DNA of 42,812 bases from Bacillota bacterium (GTDB taxonomy: Bacteria > Bacillota > Clostridia > Oscillospirales > Oscillospiraceae). The notes under the pieces were generated by a model. It searched no databases and was not told where the DNA came from. It saw only the letters and a list, made by a program, of their open reading frames with translations. Made by a program: the position numbers and the translations under genes. The stretch covers positions 1 to 42,812 of the forward strand of contig JAEWYA010000244.1 of assembly GCA_023395775.1 (NCBI GenBank). Direction: 5' to 3'. Positions 9,456 through 20,085 of this stretch are shown piece after piece (positions within the stretch are counted from its first letter, which is position 1; each line of letters begins with the position of its first letter).

Positions 9456-10928
9456 ATGCTGAAGGATTATGAATTCTGGTTTGTTGTGGGTTCTCAGTTT
9501 CTGTATGGCCCGGAGGTGCTGGAAACCGTGAGGGCCCGCGCAAAGGAAATGGCGGAGAAGCTCAGCGCCGCTGAACAAATTCCCTGCAAAGTCGTCTATA
9601 AGGTTACGGTCAAAACCGAATCCGAGTGCACAAGGGTCATGAAGGAAGCCAACGCGGATGACCGCTGCGCCGGCGTTATTACCTGGTGCCACACCTTTTC
9701 TCCGTCCAAAATGTGGATTCATGGGCTGGGTCTGCTGCAAAAGCCCTGGTGTCACTTTGCAACCCAATATAACCGTCATATCCCCAACGAGGAGATCGAC
9801 ATGGACTTCATGAACCTGAACCAGGCCGCCCACGGCGACCGGGAACACGGTTTCATCGGCGCCCGGATGCGGCTGGCCCGGAAAATCGTGGTCGGGTACT
9901 GGGAGGACGCGCCGGTCCAAAAGGAGCTGGGCGATTGGATGCGCGCCGCCGTGGGCGCGGCCTTTTCCAAAGAGCTGCGGTTGATCCGCTTCGGCGACAA
10001 TATGCGGGACGTGGCCGTCACCGAGGGCGACAAGGTGGAATCCGAGATCAAGCTGGGCTGGCAGGTGGACTACTGGCCCGTGGGCCATCTGGTGGAAGTG
10101 ATGGACGCCGTCACCGAGGCCGAGATTGACGAAAAGCTGGCGGAGTACAGGGCTCGCTACGACTTTGCCACCGATGATCTGGACTCCGTTCGCTATCAGG
10201 CGAGAGAGGAGCTGGCCATCCGCAAAATCATGGAGAGGGAAGGAGCCCAGGGCTTTATCAACTCCTTCCAGGACCTGTACGGGATGCGGCAGCTGCCCGG
10301 GCTTGCCAGCCAGAACATTCTAGCCGACGGAATGGGCTACGGCGCCGAGGGCGACTGGAAGGTCTCCGGTATGACCGCCATCGTCAAGGCCATGGCCGAG
10401 GGACTCAAGGGCGGCAGCGCCTTTATGGAGGACTACACCTATGATCTTGAGCCGGGGAAAGAGGTTTCCCTGGGCGCTCATATGCTGGAGGTCTGCCCCT
10501 CCGTGGCAGCGGAAAAGCCCCGCATCGAGGTCCATCCTCTGGGCATCGGCGGCAAGGAGCCGCCCGCCCGTCTGGTGTTCGAGGGGGCGGCGGGAAGGGG
10601 CTGCGTCATCTCCCTCGTCGATATGGGCGGCCGAATGCGCATGATTGTGCAGGACATCGAGTGCATCAAGCCGACACTGCCCATGCCCAATCTGCCGGTG
10701 GCCCGGGTCATGTGGAAACCCACCCCAGATCTTCTCACCGGTGTAAAGTGCTGGATTCTGGCAGGCGGCGCTCACCACAGCGTCCTGACCACGCAGGTCA
10801 CCGCGCAGATGATGGAGGACTGGTGCGAAATTATGGACATTGAGTTTGTCCATATCGCCGCCGACACCACCTTCGAGAATTTCAAGCAGAAACTTTTCTG
10901 GAATGATCTGGCCTGGAAACTGAAATAA
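9456..10928 (+). CDS. araA: L-arabinose isomerase
   Basis: FWFVVGSQFLYG, HTFSPSKMWI, MNLNQAAHGDRE, GYGAEGDWK, FMEDYTY, GAHMLEVCP and AGGAHH motifs. Confidence 0.97.
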   Translation: MLKDYEFWFVVGSQFLYGPEVLETVRARAKEMAEKLSAAEQIPCKVVYKVTVKTESECTRVMKEANADDRCAGVITWCHTFSPSKMWIHGLGLLQKPWCHFATQYNRHIPNEEIDMDFMNLNQAAHGDREHGFIGARMRLARKIVVGYWEDAPVQKELGDWMRAAVGAAFSKELRLIRFGDNMRDVAVTEGDKVESEIKLGWQVDYWPVGHLVEVMDAVTEAEIDEKLAEYRARYDFATDDLDSVRYQAREELAIRKIMEREGAQGFINSFQDLYGMRQLPGLASQNILADGMGYGAEGDWKVSGMTAIVKAMAEGLKGGSAFMEDYTYDLEPGKEVSLGAHMLEVCPSVAAEKPRIEVHPLGIGGKEPPARLVFEGAAGRGCVISLVDMGGRMRMIVQDIECIKPTLPMPNLPVARVMWKPTPDLLTGVKCWILAGGAHHSVLTTQVTAQMMEDWCEIMDIEFVHIAADTTFENFKQKLFWNDLAWKLK

Positions 10929-10940
10929 GGAGGCCTGTTT

Positions 10941-11654
10941 ATGCTGGAAGAACTGAAGCGGCGGGTTTGCGAGGCAAATCGGCTGCTGCCGAAGCACAAT
11001 TTGGTGACTTTTACCTGGGGCAATGTATCCGGGATCGACCGGGCCTCCGGCCTTGTGGTCATCAAGCCCTCAGGTGTTGAATACGGCGACATGAAACCCG
11101 CGGACATGGTGGTGGTGGATCTGGACGGCAATGTGGTGGAGGGCTCTTATAAGCCCTCCAGCGACACGGCAACCCATCTGGTGCTGTACCGGGCGTGGGA
11201 AAAGCTGGGAGGCATCGTGCATACCCACTCCCGCTGGGCCACCAGCTTTGCGCAGGCCGGACGGGGGATTCCCGCCATGGGCACCACGCAGGGTGACTAT
11301 TTCTATGGGGAGATTCCCTGCACCCGGCCCATGACCCCGGCGGAGATCGGTTCGTCCGACGACAAGAACAGCCCCTACGAGCGGGATACGGGCAATGTCA
11401 TTGTGGAGACGTTCGTCGAGAACTGCATTGACCCGACGGCGGTTCCCGGCGTACTGGTCAACAGCCATGGCCCGTTCAGCTGGGGAACTGATCCCCTTAA
11501 CGCCGTTCACAACGCCGTCGTTATGGAGGAGGTCGCCTTCATGGATTTCCACGCGCTGATGCTGGAGCCGCGGCGGGGTGCGATGCAGCGGGAGTTGCTG
11601 GATAAACATTATCTCCGCAAGCACGGAGCCAACGCCTATTACGGGCAAGGCTGA
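10941..11654 (+). CDS. araD: L-ribulose-5-phosphate 4-epimerase
   Basis: [28 protein letters not shown] and HGANAYYGQ motifs. Confidence 0.97.
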   Translation: MLEELKRRVCEANRLLPKHNLVTFTWGNVSGIDRASGLVVIKPSGVEYGDMKPADMVVVDLDGNVVEGSYKPSSDTATHLVLYRAWEKLGGIVHTHSRWATSFAQAGRGIPAMGTTQGDYFYGEIPCTRPMTPAEIGSSDDKNSPYERDTGNVIVETFVENCIDPTAVPGVLVNSHGPFSWGTDPLNAVHNAVVMEEVAFMDFHALMLEPRRGAMQRELLDKHYLRKHGANAYYGQG

Positions 11655-11701
11655 GTTTTTCCGCGCGGCGAACGAAGATCTCTGTTACGATCAATTTTGT
11701 C

Positions 11702-11865
11702 TGTCGGCAACGCAGAAGCCCGCCTTTTGTACCATACAATAGGCGGGCTTCTTGACAGTTTGAAAGCGCGGCGATTTTGTCGCTGCGCTCAGTTGATAAC
11801 TGCCGACACTTGTGCCGGCCTTGCTTTTTTGCTTTTGTCTCCAGGCGTATGGCCTTGGAGACAAA
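11702..11865. repeat. Cluster of nested inverted repeats (REP/MITE-like or compound terminator) between convergent araD and abrB
   Basis: Stems 11714-11725/11741-11752, 11765-11774/11780-11789 and 11834-11843/11856-11865; an outer pair TGTCGGCA (11702-11709)/TGCCGACA (11801-11808). Confidence 0.55.
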
Positions 11866-11909
11866 CCGCATCGGCAGGGAGGGCGGGCGGAGAGAGCTCA
11901 CAGAAAAGA

Positions 11910-12155
11910 TTAATGTAAATCGGTCAATTCCCGCAGACACTTGGGGCAGATGTTCTTGCCTTTGAACTGGACAATATCCTTGTTGCTGTCGCAGAAAATG
12001 CAGCTGGGTTTGTACTTTTTGAGAATGACGGAGGCACCTTCCACATAGATTTCCAATGCGTCCTTCTCAGCGATATCAAGCGTACGCCGCATCTCGATTG
12101 GAAGTACAATACGCCCCAATTCGTCTACCTTCCGCACGATTCCGGTTGATTTCAT
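11910..12155 (-). CDS. abrB: AbrB-family transition-state regulator (clostridial type with C-terminal Cys motifs)
   Basis: MKSTGIVRKVDELGRIVLPIEMRRTL; C-terminal CIFC...CPKC. Confidence 0.92.
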   Translation of the reverse strand: MKSTGIVRKVDELGRIVLPIEMRRTLDIAEKDALEIYVEGASVILKKYKPSCIFCDSNKDIVQFKGKNICPKCLRELTDLH

Positions 12156-12368
12156 AATTTATCTCCTTTTTCACGGTTATTATTGCAATTCTTTTGCTAA
12201 CTGACAATAACACAGAATGTAATATTTTGTCAATTCATTTTCGCCTTTTTTACAAATATTCACATTTTTTTAATTCTTTGTTTTTTATGTGAGGACAAAA
12301 ATGCACAGTTTAGTAGATCGCTTGTGTTCTTCTATATCGCAGCAATATAAAGCAGGGGGAGGTAAAAA

Positions 12369-12953
12369 ATGGCTATGGCGGTTCTATGGACTGGAATGGT
12401 CGTACTATCCGTAGTATTTGGAATACTCAATGGACGCATGGAAGCGGTTTCCGCAGCCGCATTGGCGGGAGCGGGGAGTGCAATTCAATTATGCCTTTCC
12501 ATGGCGGGCGTACTTTGCCTTTGGAGCGGCGTCATGGAGATCATGAATCGGTGCGGAATGTCCGCGAAGTTGGCGCGTGCGTTTCGCCCATTGCTGAGAA
12601 TGCTGCTGCCCAACGCCAGCCGGGACAATGAGACGCTTTCGGCTGTCTCTGCAAATGTTTCAGCCAATCTGCTGGGGTTGGGAAACGCCGCCACCCCCCT
12701 GGGTATCCAGGCCGCCCGGCGAATGGCCAGGGGGCAGGAGGGCGTTGCCAGTGACGAACTGTGCCTGTTGGTGGTGCTGAATACGGCATCCATTCAAATA
12801 ATTCCGGCGACAATCGCGTCCGTCCGCGCCGCCGCCGGAGCCGCAGCGCCGTTTGATATTTTGCCGGCCGTGTGGCTGTCGTCGGTACTGAGCGTAACGG
12901 CTGGGCTGACGGCGGCAAAGACGCTGGCCTTTTTTGGCAGGAGGAGAATATGA
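12369..12953 (+). CDS. spmA: Spore maturation protein A
   Basis: ANLLGLGNAATPLG and LVVLNTASIQIIP motifs; GGAGG RBS; paired with spmB. Confidence 0.92.
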   Translation: MAMAVLWTGMVVLSVVFGILNGRMEAVSAAALAGAGSAIQLCLSMAGVLCLWSGVMEIMNRCGMSAKLARAFRPLLRMLLPNASRDNETLSAVSANVSANLLGLGNAATPLGIQAARRMARGQEGVASDELCLLVVLNTASIQIIPATIASVRAAAGAAAPFDILPAVWLSSVLSVTAGLTAAKTLAFFGRRRI

Positions 12954-13471
12954 GTCCTACTGCGATGGTGGTACCCGGTCTGCTGGCGGGGACTGCAATC
13001 ATTGCCCTGTGGCGGCGGGTGGATGTTTACAGTGCGCTGACCGCCGGGGCGGGGGAGGGCTTGACAGTGCTTTTGCGCATCGTCCCGGCGCTGGTTGGGC
13101 TGCTGACCGCCGTGGCCATGTTTCGGGCCTCCGGGGCTATGGATTGGCTGTCCGGGCTGTGCGCACCGCTGTTGGAAAGAGTGGGAATTCCCGCGGAATT
13201 GACGCCCTTGATGCTGATCAGGCCCATTTCCGGCAGCGGTGCGTTGGCCGTGGGCAGCGAGGTGATGAAAACTTGCGGCCCGGACAGTTACACAGGCCGG
13301 GTGGCGGCGGTTATGCTGGGCAGCACGGAGACCACGTTTTATACCATTGCCGTTTATTTTGGGGCTGCCGGAATCACCCGCACCAGACATACCATCCCGG
13401 CTGCGCTGACTGCCGATCTGGTGGGATTTATCGGCTCTGCGCTAGCGGTGCGAATTTTTTTCGGCAGGTAA
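12950..13471 (+). CDS. spmB: Spore maturation protein B
   Basis: RPISGSGA and GSTETTFYTIAVYFG motifs; ATGA overlap with spmA. Confidence 0.92.
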   Translation: MSPTAMVVPGLLAGTAIIALWRRVDVYSALTAGAGEGLTVLLRIVPALVGLLTAVAMFRASGAMDWLSGLCAPLLERVGIPAELTPLMLIRPISGSGALAVGSEVMKTCGPDSYTGRVAAVMLGSTETTFYTIAVYFGAAGITRTRHTIPAALTADLVGFIGSALAVRIFFGR

Positions 13472-13524
13472 GGCTTTTGCGGCGGGCCGACGGTATGGAT
13501 ACAGACTGAGGAATGAATATTACA

Positions 13525-13566
13525 ATAACGGGAACGGCATCACATCTGTGATGCCGTTCCCGTTAT
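13525..13566. terminator. Perfect 20-bp inverted repeat, probable bidirectional terminator between convergent spmB and cdd
   Basis: ATAACGGGAACGGCATCACA-TC-TGTGATGCCGTTCCCGTTAT. Confidence 0.7.
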
Positions 13567-13635
13567 GATTTAGAGAAAAAAGCAGACCACCGAAAAAGAC
13601 AAAAGCACTTCCGTAAAAACGGAACGCACCCGTTT

Positions 13636-14025
13636 TTACAAAAACGAGTGATCGAAACTGTGGGGCAGCAGCTCTTTCAGAGGGAGGGACATCTCCTCGC
13701 CCTTGCCGTTGAGACAGATGACCTCCATCTGGGGCGCGAACTCCTGCATGAACTGCCTGCACATGCCACAGGGCACACAGTAGTCCTCGCTTCTTCCGGC
13801 TACCACGATGCGGACAAAGTCCCGGCGCCCCTCGCTGATGGCCTTGCTCATGGCGGTGCGCTCTGCACAGGTGCCCACGGGGTAGGCCGCGTTTTCAATG
13901 TTGCAGCCGGTAAATACCGTGCCGTCTGCGCATTCCAGAGCCGCACCCACTGGAAAGTGGGAGTAAGGGCAGTAAGCTCTGTCCAGCATCCGGATTGCCG
14001 CCGCTTTCAGTTCCTCGCGCGTCAT
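13636..14025 (-). CDS. cdd: Cytidine deaminase (homotetrameric type)
   Basis: AYCPYSHFPVGAAL, GCNIENAAY, CAERTA and PCGMCRQ zinc motifs. Confidence 0.96.
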   Translation of the reverse strand: MTREELKAAAIRMLDRAYCPYSHFPVGAALECADGTVFTGCNIENAAYPVGTCAERTAMSKAISEGRRDFVRIVVAGRSEDYCVPCGMCRQFMQEFAPQMEVICLNGKGEEMSLPLKELLPHSFDHSFL

Positions 14026-14045
14026 AAAAACAGCTCCTTCAAAAT

Positions 14046-15296
14046 TTATTTCCAGTCAATCTGCCGCTGAGGCCGGACGTTTACGTCCATGATATCCTTT
14101 GCGTCGTAAAATTGCAGATAGCGATCCCGGGAGTGGCGAAGGGTGGTGCCGTCCGGGTGGAGCCGGTCGCAGATCACCGCGCAGATGTCCTTTTTTATAT
14201 AGCTGAAGCTCTCGACGCCCACGGAGGCAAAGACCCGGAACCCCTGACTTTGCAGGTATCGGAATACCGGGCCGGTCTTCTTCCAGTCGTCGCCGTCCGG
14301 CCGCTCCCCATGGGGATAAAACAGAATCGTAGTGGGCCCCACAAGGCTGCCCACCTCGTCGAACCACCGCTTTGTGTCGGCCTGAATGGTCTCCATGGAC
14401 TTGGCGCCCAGGCGGATGTGGCCCCAAGTGTGGCTGCCGAAGGTCCAGCCGGTGCGCTTCAATTCCGCAATGACGGGCTTTACCGCCTCAATTTCCTTCT
14501 GCCGTTGGGACTCCTGCGCCGCTGTCCAGCTCTTGGTGTCCGTCTGGGTATGATAGCCCAAAATGCCGCAGTACCCCGTCAGAGACAAACAGCCCTTGGC
14601 GCCGAAGGGGGAAAAGTCGGGGTGTTCCCTGACGAACTTGTCCAGAATGGGGATGGCGTCCAGATCCTGAGAGACGACCTCGCTGCCCTGGGGGTCCTTG
14701 CCCTCGCTCCAGATCAGGCCGTCGTCCCCCACAATCAATTTATATGTGAAGCCGTTCTCCAGCATGTAGGGATAATAGTTTACGTCATCATAGGAGAGGA
14801 TCAGGGGCTTTTTCCCTTCGGGCAGGTACAGGGTGTTGCGGACCATGGTGGGCTGGCCGTCCTCGCCGGTGGTTTCACTCCACACGTCGTTGATGTCCAC
14901 CAGTATATAGCCCCTGTCGTAAATACTCTGCAAAATTTTGTCGTACTCATCCACGGTGACCATATAGTCGTCCAGACCGTCAGACTCAGCGTCTGCGTCG
15001 AAGGCCAGCTCGGGATAAGCGATCAACGGATGGAAAAACAGGTGCTCCACCACGCCGTCCCATGCGGCGTAAGGAACACCGTCAACCATGTCGCCGGCGG
15101 GCTCCACGGTGGGGTCTGAAATGGTATAGGGCTCCACCTGCGGGGTCTCCGGTTCACTGGAAGCGGCGGAGGAGGCGGCAGAACCGCCGGAAGCGTTTTC
15201 GCTGCCGGAACCGCCGGAAGCGGGGGAGGCCGCGCCGCAGGCGGCCAGAGATGCCAGCATGGCAAACGCAAGCAAAAGCGGCAGAAATCGACGCAT
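14046..15296 (-). CDS. Polysaccharide deacetylase (CE4/NodB-like) family lipoprotein
   Basis: Lipobox SLAAC and Ser/Gly linker; EHLFFH, LILSYDD, FGSHTWGH and YPHG motifs. ATG 15296 chosen from RBS spacing (alternative 15308). Confidence 0.8.
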   Translation of the reverse strand: MRRFLPLLLAFAMLASLAACGAASPASGGSGSENASGGSAASSAASSEPETPQVEPYTISDPTVEPAGDMVDGVPYAAWDGVVEHLFFHPLIAYPELAFDADAESDGLDDYMVTVDEYDKILQSIYDRGYILVDINDVWSETTGEDGQPTMVRNTLYLPEGKKPLILSYDDVNYYPYMLENGFTYKLIVGDDGLIWSEGKDPQGSEVVSQDLDAIPILDKFVREHPDFSPFGAKGCLSLTGYCGILGYHTQTDTKSWTAAQESQRQKEIEAVKPVIAELKRTGWTFGSHTWGHIRLGAKSMETIQADTKRWFDEVGSLVGPTTILFYPHGERPDGDDWKKTGPVFRYLQSQGFRVFASVGVESFSYIKKDICAVICDRLHPDGTTLRHSRDRYLQFYDAKDIMDVNVRPQRQIDWK

Positions 15297-15487
15297 AGAA
15301 AAAGACATCCTTTCTGAAATTCAACTCGGTACGAAGCAGTATATCAGTTTGCTCGACAAAATAAAACACAAAAAGGTGACAAATTTAGTTTTTCGCCGTT
15401 TTACAACGGCGGCTCCCATTTCTAACGGCGCGCAAAATGCGACCGCTTGCCGTACGTCAAAAACGCACAAAAAACTCAATATCATAC

Positions 15488-15515
15488 TTGACAAATAGGA
15501 AAACTGTGATATATT
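15488..15515 (+). promoter_or_regulatory. Sigma-A-like promoter of nifS-nifU
   Basis: TTGACA-N16-TATATT with extended TG. Confidence 0.6.
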
Positions 15516-15558
15516 CAAATCATAGTAAACCAATATGAATTAGAAGGAGGAACCGTAT

Positions 15559-16749
15559 ATGCGTGTTTACGCCGATAATGCGGCAACGACTGCCGTCAGC
15601 GATACGGCAGTGGCCGCCATGCTGCCCTGCTTTCAGGAGTTTTACGGGAATCCGTCCAGCTTGCACACCATCGGCCAGCGGGCGGCGGAAAAGCTGTCCA
15701 TGGCCCGACAGATTTTTGCACAGAGGCTGAACTGTGATCCCAGCGAAATCACATTTACCTCCGGCGGCAGTGAGGCGGACAATCAGGCCCTGCGCTCCGC
15801 CGCCGCGGCGGGGGCGAAGAAGGGCAAAAAGCATATCATCTCCACAGAGTTTGAACACCACGCCATTTTGCATACGCTGGAGCAGCTGGAAAAAGAGGGG
15901 TTCGAAATTACGCTGCTGAAGATCCCAAAATCCGGTGTGATCTCCCCGGAGCAGGTGCGTCAGGCCCTCCGCCCGGACACCTGCCTTGTGAGCATTATGT
16001 TTGCCAACAATGAAATCGGCACCATTCAACCCATTCCCGAGATCGGCAGGCTCTGCCGCGAGGCGGGCGTGCCCTTCCACACCGACGCGGTGCAGGCGGC
16101 CGGGCATCTGCCCATTGATGTGAGGAACATGGATATCGACCTGCTGAGCCTGTCCGCCCACAAGTTCCACGGACCAAAGGGCGTCGGCGTTCTATACGCC
16201 AGAAAGGGCTGCGTCCCTCTGGTGAACGTGATCTACGGCGGCGCGCAGGAGCGGGGAAAACGGGCCGGAACCGAGAATATCGCCGGAATCGTGGGCTCCG
16301 CGGCAGCGTTTGACGAGGCCTGCGCCAACATGGAGAAAAACGCGGCGAAGGTGACCGCCCTGCGGGATAAGCTGATCGACGGACTGACAAAGATTCCCCA
16401 CAGCATTCTCAACGGCGAACGGGAGCAAAGGCTGCCCGGCAATGTGAATTTGTGCTTCGAGGGGATCGAGGGGGAGTCGCTTTTGCTGCTGCTGGACCAG
16501 GCGGGTGTGTGTGCGTCCTCGGGAAGTGCCTGTACCTCCGGGTCCCTGGACCCCAGCCATGTGCTGTTGGCACTGGGCCTCCCCCACGAGGTGGCCCACG
16601 GGTCGCTGCGCCTGAGCCTGTGCGAATATAATACAGAAGAGGAAATTGACCACATTCTGGCGGTGACGCCGGGGATTGTGGAGTACCTCCGAAACATCTC
16701 TCCGGTGTGGGACGAGCTGGAGCGTGGACAGCGGAAACATATCATCTGA
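15559..16749 (+). CDS. nifS: Cysteine desulfurase (NifS/IscS)
   Basis: YADNAATT, GNPSSLH, HTDAVQ, SAHKFHGPKG (PLP Lys) and SSGSACTS (catalytic Cys). Confidence 0.96.
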   Translation: MRVYADNAATTAVSDTAVAAMLPCFQEFYGNPSSLHTIGQRAAEKLSMARQIFAQRLNCDPSEITFTSGGSEADNQALRSAAAAGAKKGKKHIISTEFEHHAILHTLEQLEKEGFEITLLKIPKSGVISPEQVRQALRPDTCLVSIMFANNEIGTIQPIPEIGRLCREAGVPFHTDAVQAAGHLPIDVRNMDIDLLSLSAHKFHGPKGVGVLYARKGCVPLVNVIYGGAQERGKRAGTENIAGIVGSAAAFDEACANMEKNAAKVTALRDKLIDGLTKIPHSILNGEREQRLPGNVNLCFEGIEGESLLLLLDQAGVCASSGSACTSGSLDPSHVLLALGLPHEVAHGSLRLSLCEYNTEEEIDHILAVTPGIVEYLRNISPVWDELERGQRKHII

Positions 16750-16770
16750 ATTAGAAAGGGGCGTTTGAAA

Positions 16771-17208
16771 ATGCTGTACAGTGAAAAAGTGATGGACCAC
16801 TTCCAGAATCCCCGGAATGTGGGCAAAATGGACGATGCGGACGGCGTCGGCGAAGTGGGCAACGCCAAGTGCGGCGATATCATGCGGATGTATATCAAAG
16901 TGGACAAGGATACCCAGACCATCAGCGATGTGAAGTTTAATACCTTTGGCTGCGGCAGCGCCATTGCTACCAGCTCCATGGCTACGGAGATGATCAAGGG
17001 AAAGCCCGTCAAGGATGCTCTGGCTCTTTCCAACAAGGCCGTGGTAGAGGCCCTGGACGGCCTTCCGGCCTATAAGCTTCATTGTTCCGTTCTGGCGGAG
17101 CAGGCGGTAAAGGCCGCGGTGAAGGACTACTATGACAAAAACGGGATTACCTATGGCAAAGAGCTGAATATCTGCGACCAAGACTGCGAACACTGCGCGG
17201 GAGAGTGA
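16771..17208 (+). CDS. nifU: Fe-S cluster scaffold NifU/IscU (clostridial type)
   Basis: YSEKVMDHFQNPRNVG, GNAKCGD, TFGCGSAIA and KLHCS motifs (alternative TTG start 16765). Confidence 0.95.
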   Translation: MLYSEKVMDHFQNPRNVGKMDDADGVGEVGNAKCGDIMRMYIKVDKDTQTISDVKFNTFGCGSAIATSSMATEMIKGKPVKDALALSNKAVVEALDGLPAYKLHCSVLAEQAVKAAVKDYYDKNGITYGKELNICDQDCEHCAGE

Positions 17209-17211
17209 GAC

Positions 17212-17258
17212 CGCGAAAAGACGGGAGACCGGCGCTGCCGGTCTCCCGGCTTTTCGCG
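17212..17258 (+). terminator. Terminator of nifS-nifU
   Basis: CGCGAAAAG-A-CGGGAGACCGGC / GCCGGTCTCCCG-G-CTTTTCGCG hairpin immediately after the stop. Confidence 0.75.
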
Positions 17259-17450
17259 TTGATTTGAAAGTGATCCGCTTTAAATAGACAGCCGTCCAAA
17301 AGACGGCTGCCCTTTCTACATAGATTCAATTTTCGTACGAGGGAGGGGCTCGCCCGGAAATTAACACAACGCGAGCGAGACTTCATATACTGGAATGGAC
17401 ATTGAATTGTCCAATAACCCAGCATAATAATTTCATGATGAAGGTGTATT

Positions 17451-17834
17451 ATGGCCACTTCACTTTTGAAGCTGACAATGACTGCCACCGCGCCGACAAC
17501 CAAGGCCAAGCCGACCATGCTCCACTTCTTCAATACGGCTCCGGCGGGCGGATATACCGGCGCCGCCACCTATACGATTAACGCGAATCAATGGGTCGAC
17601 GACTCCGGAACAGCCGTCGCGGCAGGCGGCCTTACCCCGGCAACCACAGATAACGGCTATTACAACCTGTTTATCAACGGCCAATTGCAGGAAGGCAATG
17701 TGGTGACTACTGTTACCGCTACCGCGGTTACCATCACCTTTAGCGCGGAAACGGCCATTGAAGAGGGAAAGATCATCACTCTGGCTGTCACCAACTTTGC
17801 CCCGGAGACAACCGCTCCTGACATCACCGGCTGA
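17451..17834 (+). CDS. Single-domain DUF4183 protein (putative endospore-appendage subunit)
   Basis: AAGGTG RBS; INANQWVDDSG and GYYNLFINGQLQ motifs recognised as DUF4183; Thr/Ala-rich, no signal peptide. Confidence 0.75.
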   Translation: MATSLLKLTMTATAPTTKAKPTMLHFFNTAPAGGYTGAATYTINANQWVDDSGTAVAAGGLTPATTDNGYYNLFINGQLQEGNVVTTVTATAVTITFSAETAIEEGKIITLAVTNFAPETTAPDITG

Positions 17835-17956
17835 TTGCATCAAGTGAAATGAGACCAAAAACCGTTAGGTAATTGGTCGGCAACAACTTCGGGAGTTCTC
17901 GGAGTTGTTGCTACATAGCATCGGCAGGTATTTAAAAGTGGGAATACCTACGGTAA

Positions 17957-19294
<1,338 letters not shown>

Positions 19295-19460
19295 AAACCT
19301 TTCAATCCTCTCCCGCAGCAGGCCAGGCTTGCCGCGCCGATTGGAAATGTCCAAGCTCATCGTGCCGTTTTGGTCGATTTGGCTGAATCTGAGGCAGGCA
19401 GTAACGGTGTGTTTCACAGTCCGGGCGCAGGATACGAACGTCAAAAAGCGGAGAAAAAGC

Positions 19461-19489
19461 TTGTGCATCTCAAAAAAACGGTGTATGAT
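19461..19489 (+). promoter_or_regulatory. Sigma-A-like promoter of the orphan membrane-protein gene
   Basis: TTGTGC-N17-TATGAT. Confidence 0.5.
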
Positions 19490-19603
19490 ACATCACATGT
19501 TATATTTGCCGTTGCTGTGGCAAGGCACGACTCTCGGCGCAGATATCACCCTGCCGCAGGGCGCAGACCTGAGCGCCCCTTTTCAATTCAGGAGGTTCCC
19601 AAT

Positions 19604-20065
19604 ATGAGCTTTAACGATGTTCCCTTTTTCTTCGGTTCCGCAGCGGGTGGGTTTATTTTGATGGCGGCCATCGGCATTCAGGCCGCCGTGGCTCTTTTTT
19701 CCTCCATTCCGCTGACCCGCCGGCGCAAAGAGACCTGTCCCGGCTTTAATATCCGCGCGGCTTACCGCCGGATAGCTCAGGTTTCCAGCCTGTCGATGAT
19801 TCTCTGCGCCGTCATTACCGCCCTGGTCATGCATTTCGGCTCCACCGGCGTCATCGCGGGATACGGGCTGGGCTTCATTCTGGCATTTGTCTTGAATCTG
19901 AAGCGGATGTCCCCCAACAATGAGCAGAATCGGAAAAGCTATGAGGAATCCTACGCGGACTGTTATCCTCCCTCTGACGCCAACCCGGACGACACTGCGG
20001 CTCATAAGCGTGCAGGTGGGGGATTTGAAAGCGCCGAAGGAGAAAACGACTCAGGCGGAAAATAA
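19604..20065 (+). CDS. Hypothetical membrane protein (about 3 TM segments, acidic C-terminal tail)
   Basis: AGGAGG RBS before ATG 19604; three hydrophobic stretches; followed by a terminator. Confidence 0.7.
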   Translation: MSFNDVPFFFGSAAGGFILMAAIGIQAAVALFSSIPLTRRRKETCPGFNIRAAYRRIAQVSSLSMILCAVITALVMHFGSTGVIAGYGLGFILAFVLNLKRMSPNNEQNRKSYEESYADCYPPSDANPDDTAAHKRAGGGFESAEGENDSGGK

Positions 20066-20085
20066 TCAGATATTGCTCTGGCGAT

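Noticed and set aside
7946..11648. Long antisense ORFs opposite araBAD (462, 232, 225 and 192 aa)
   Set aside because: Shadow ORFs produced by high-GC codon bias; no recognisable motifs.
12228..12250. Possible Spo0A boxes at the abrB promoter
   Set aside because: Only a degenerate AGGCGAA was seen; no convincing TGNCGAA pair.
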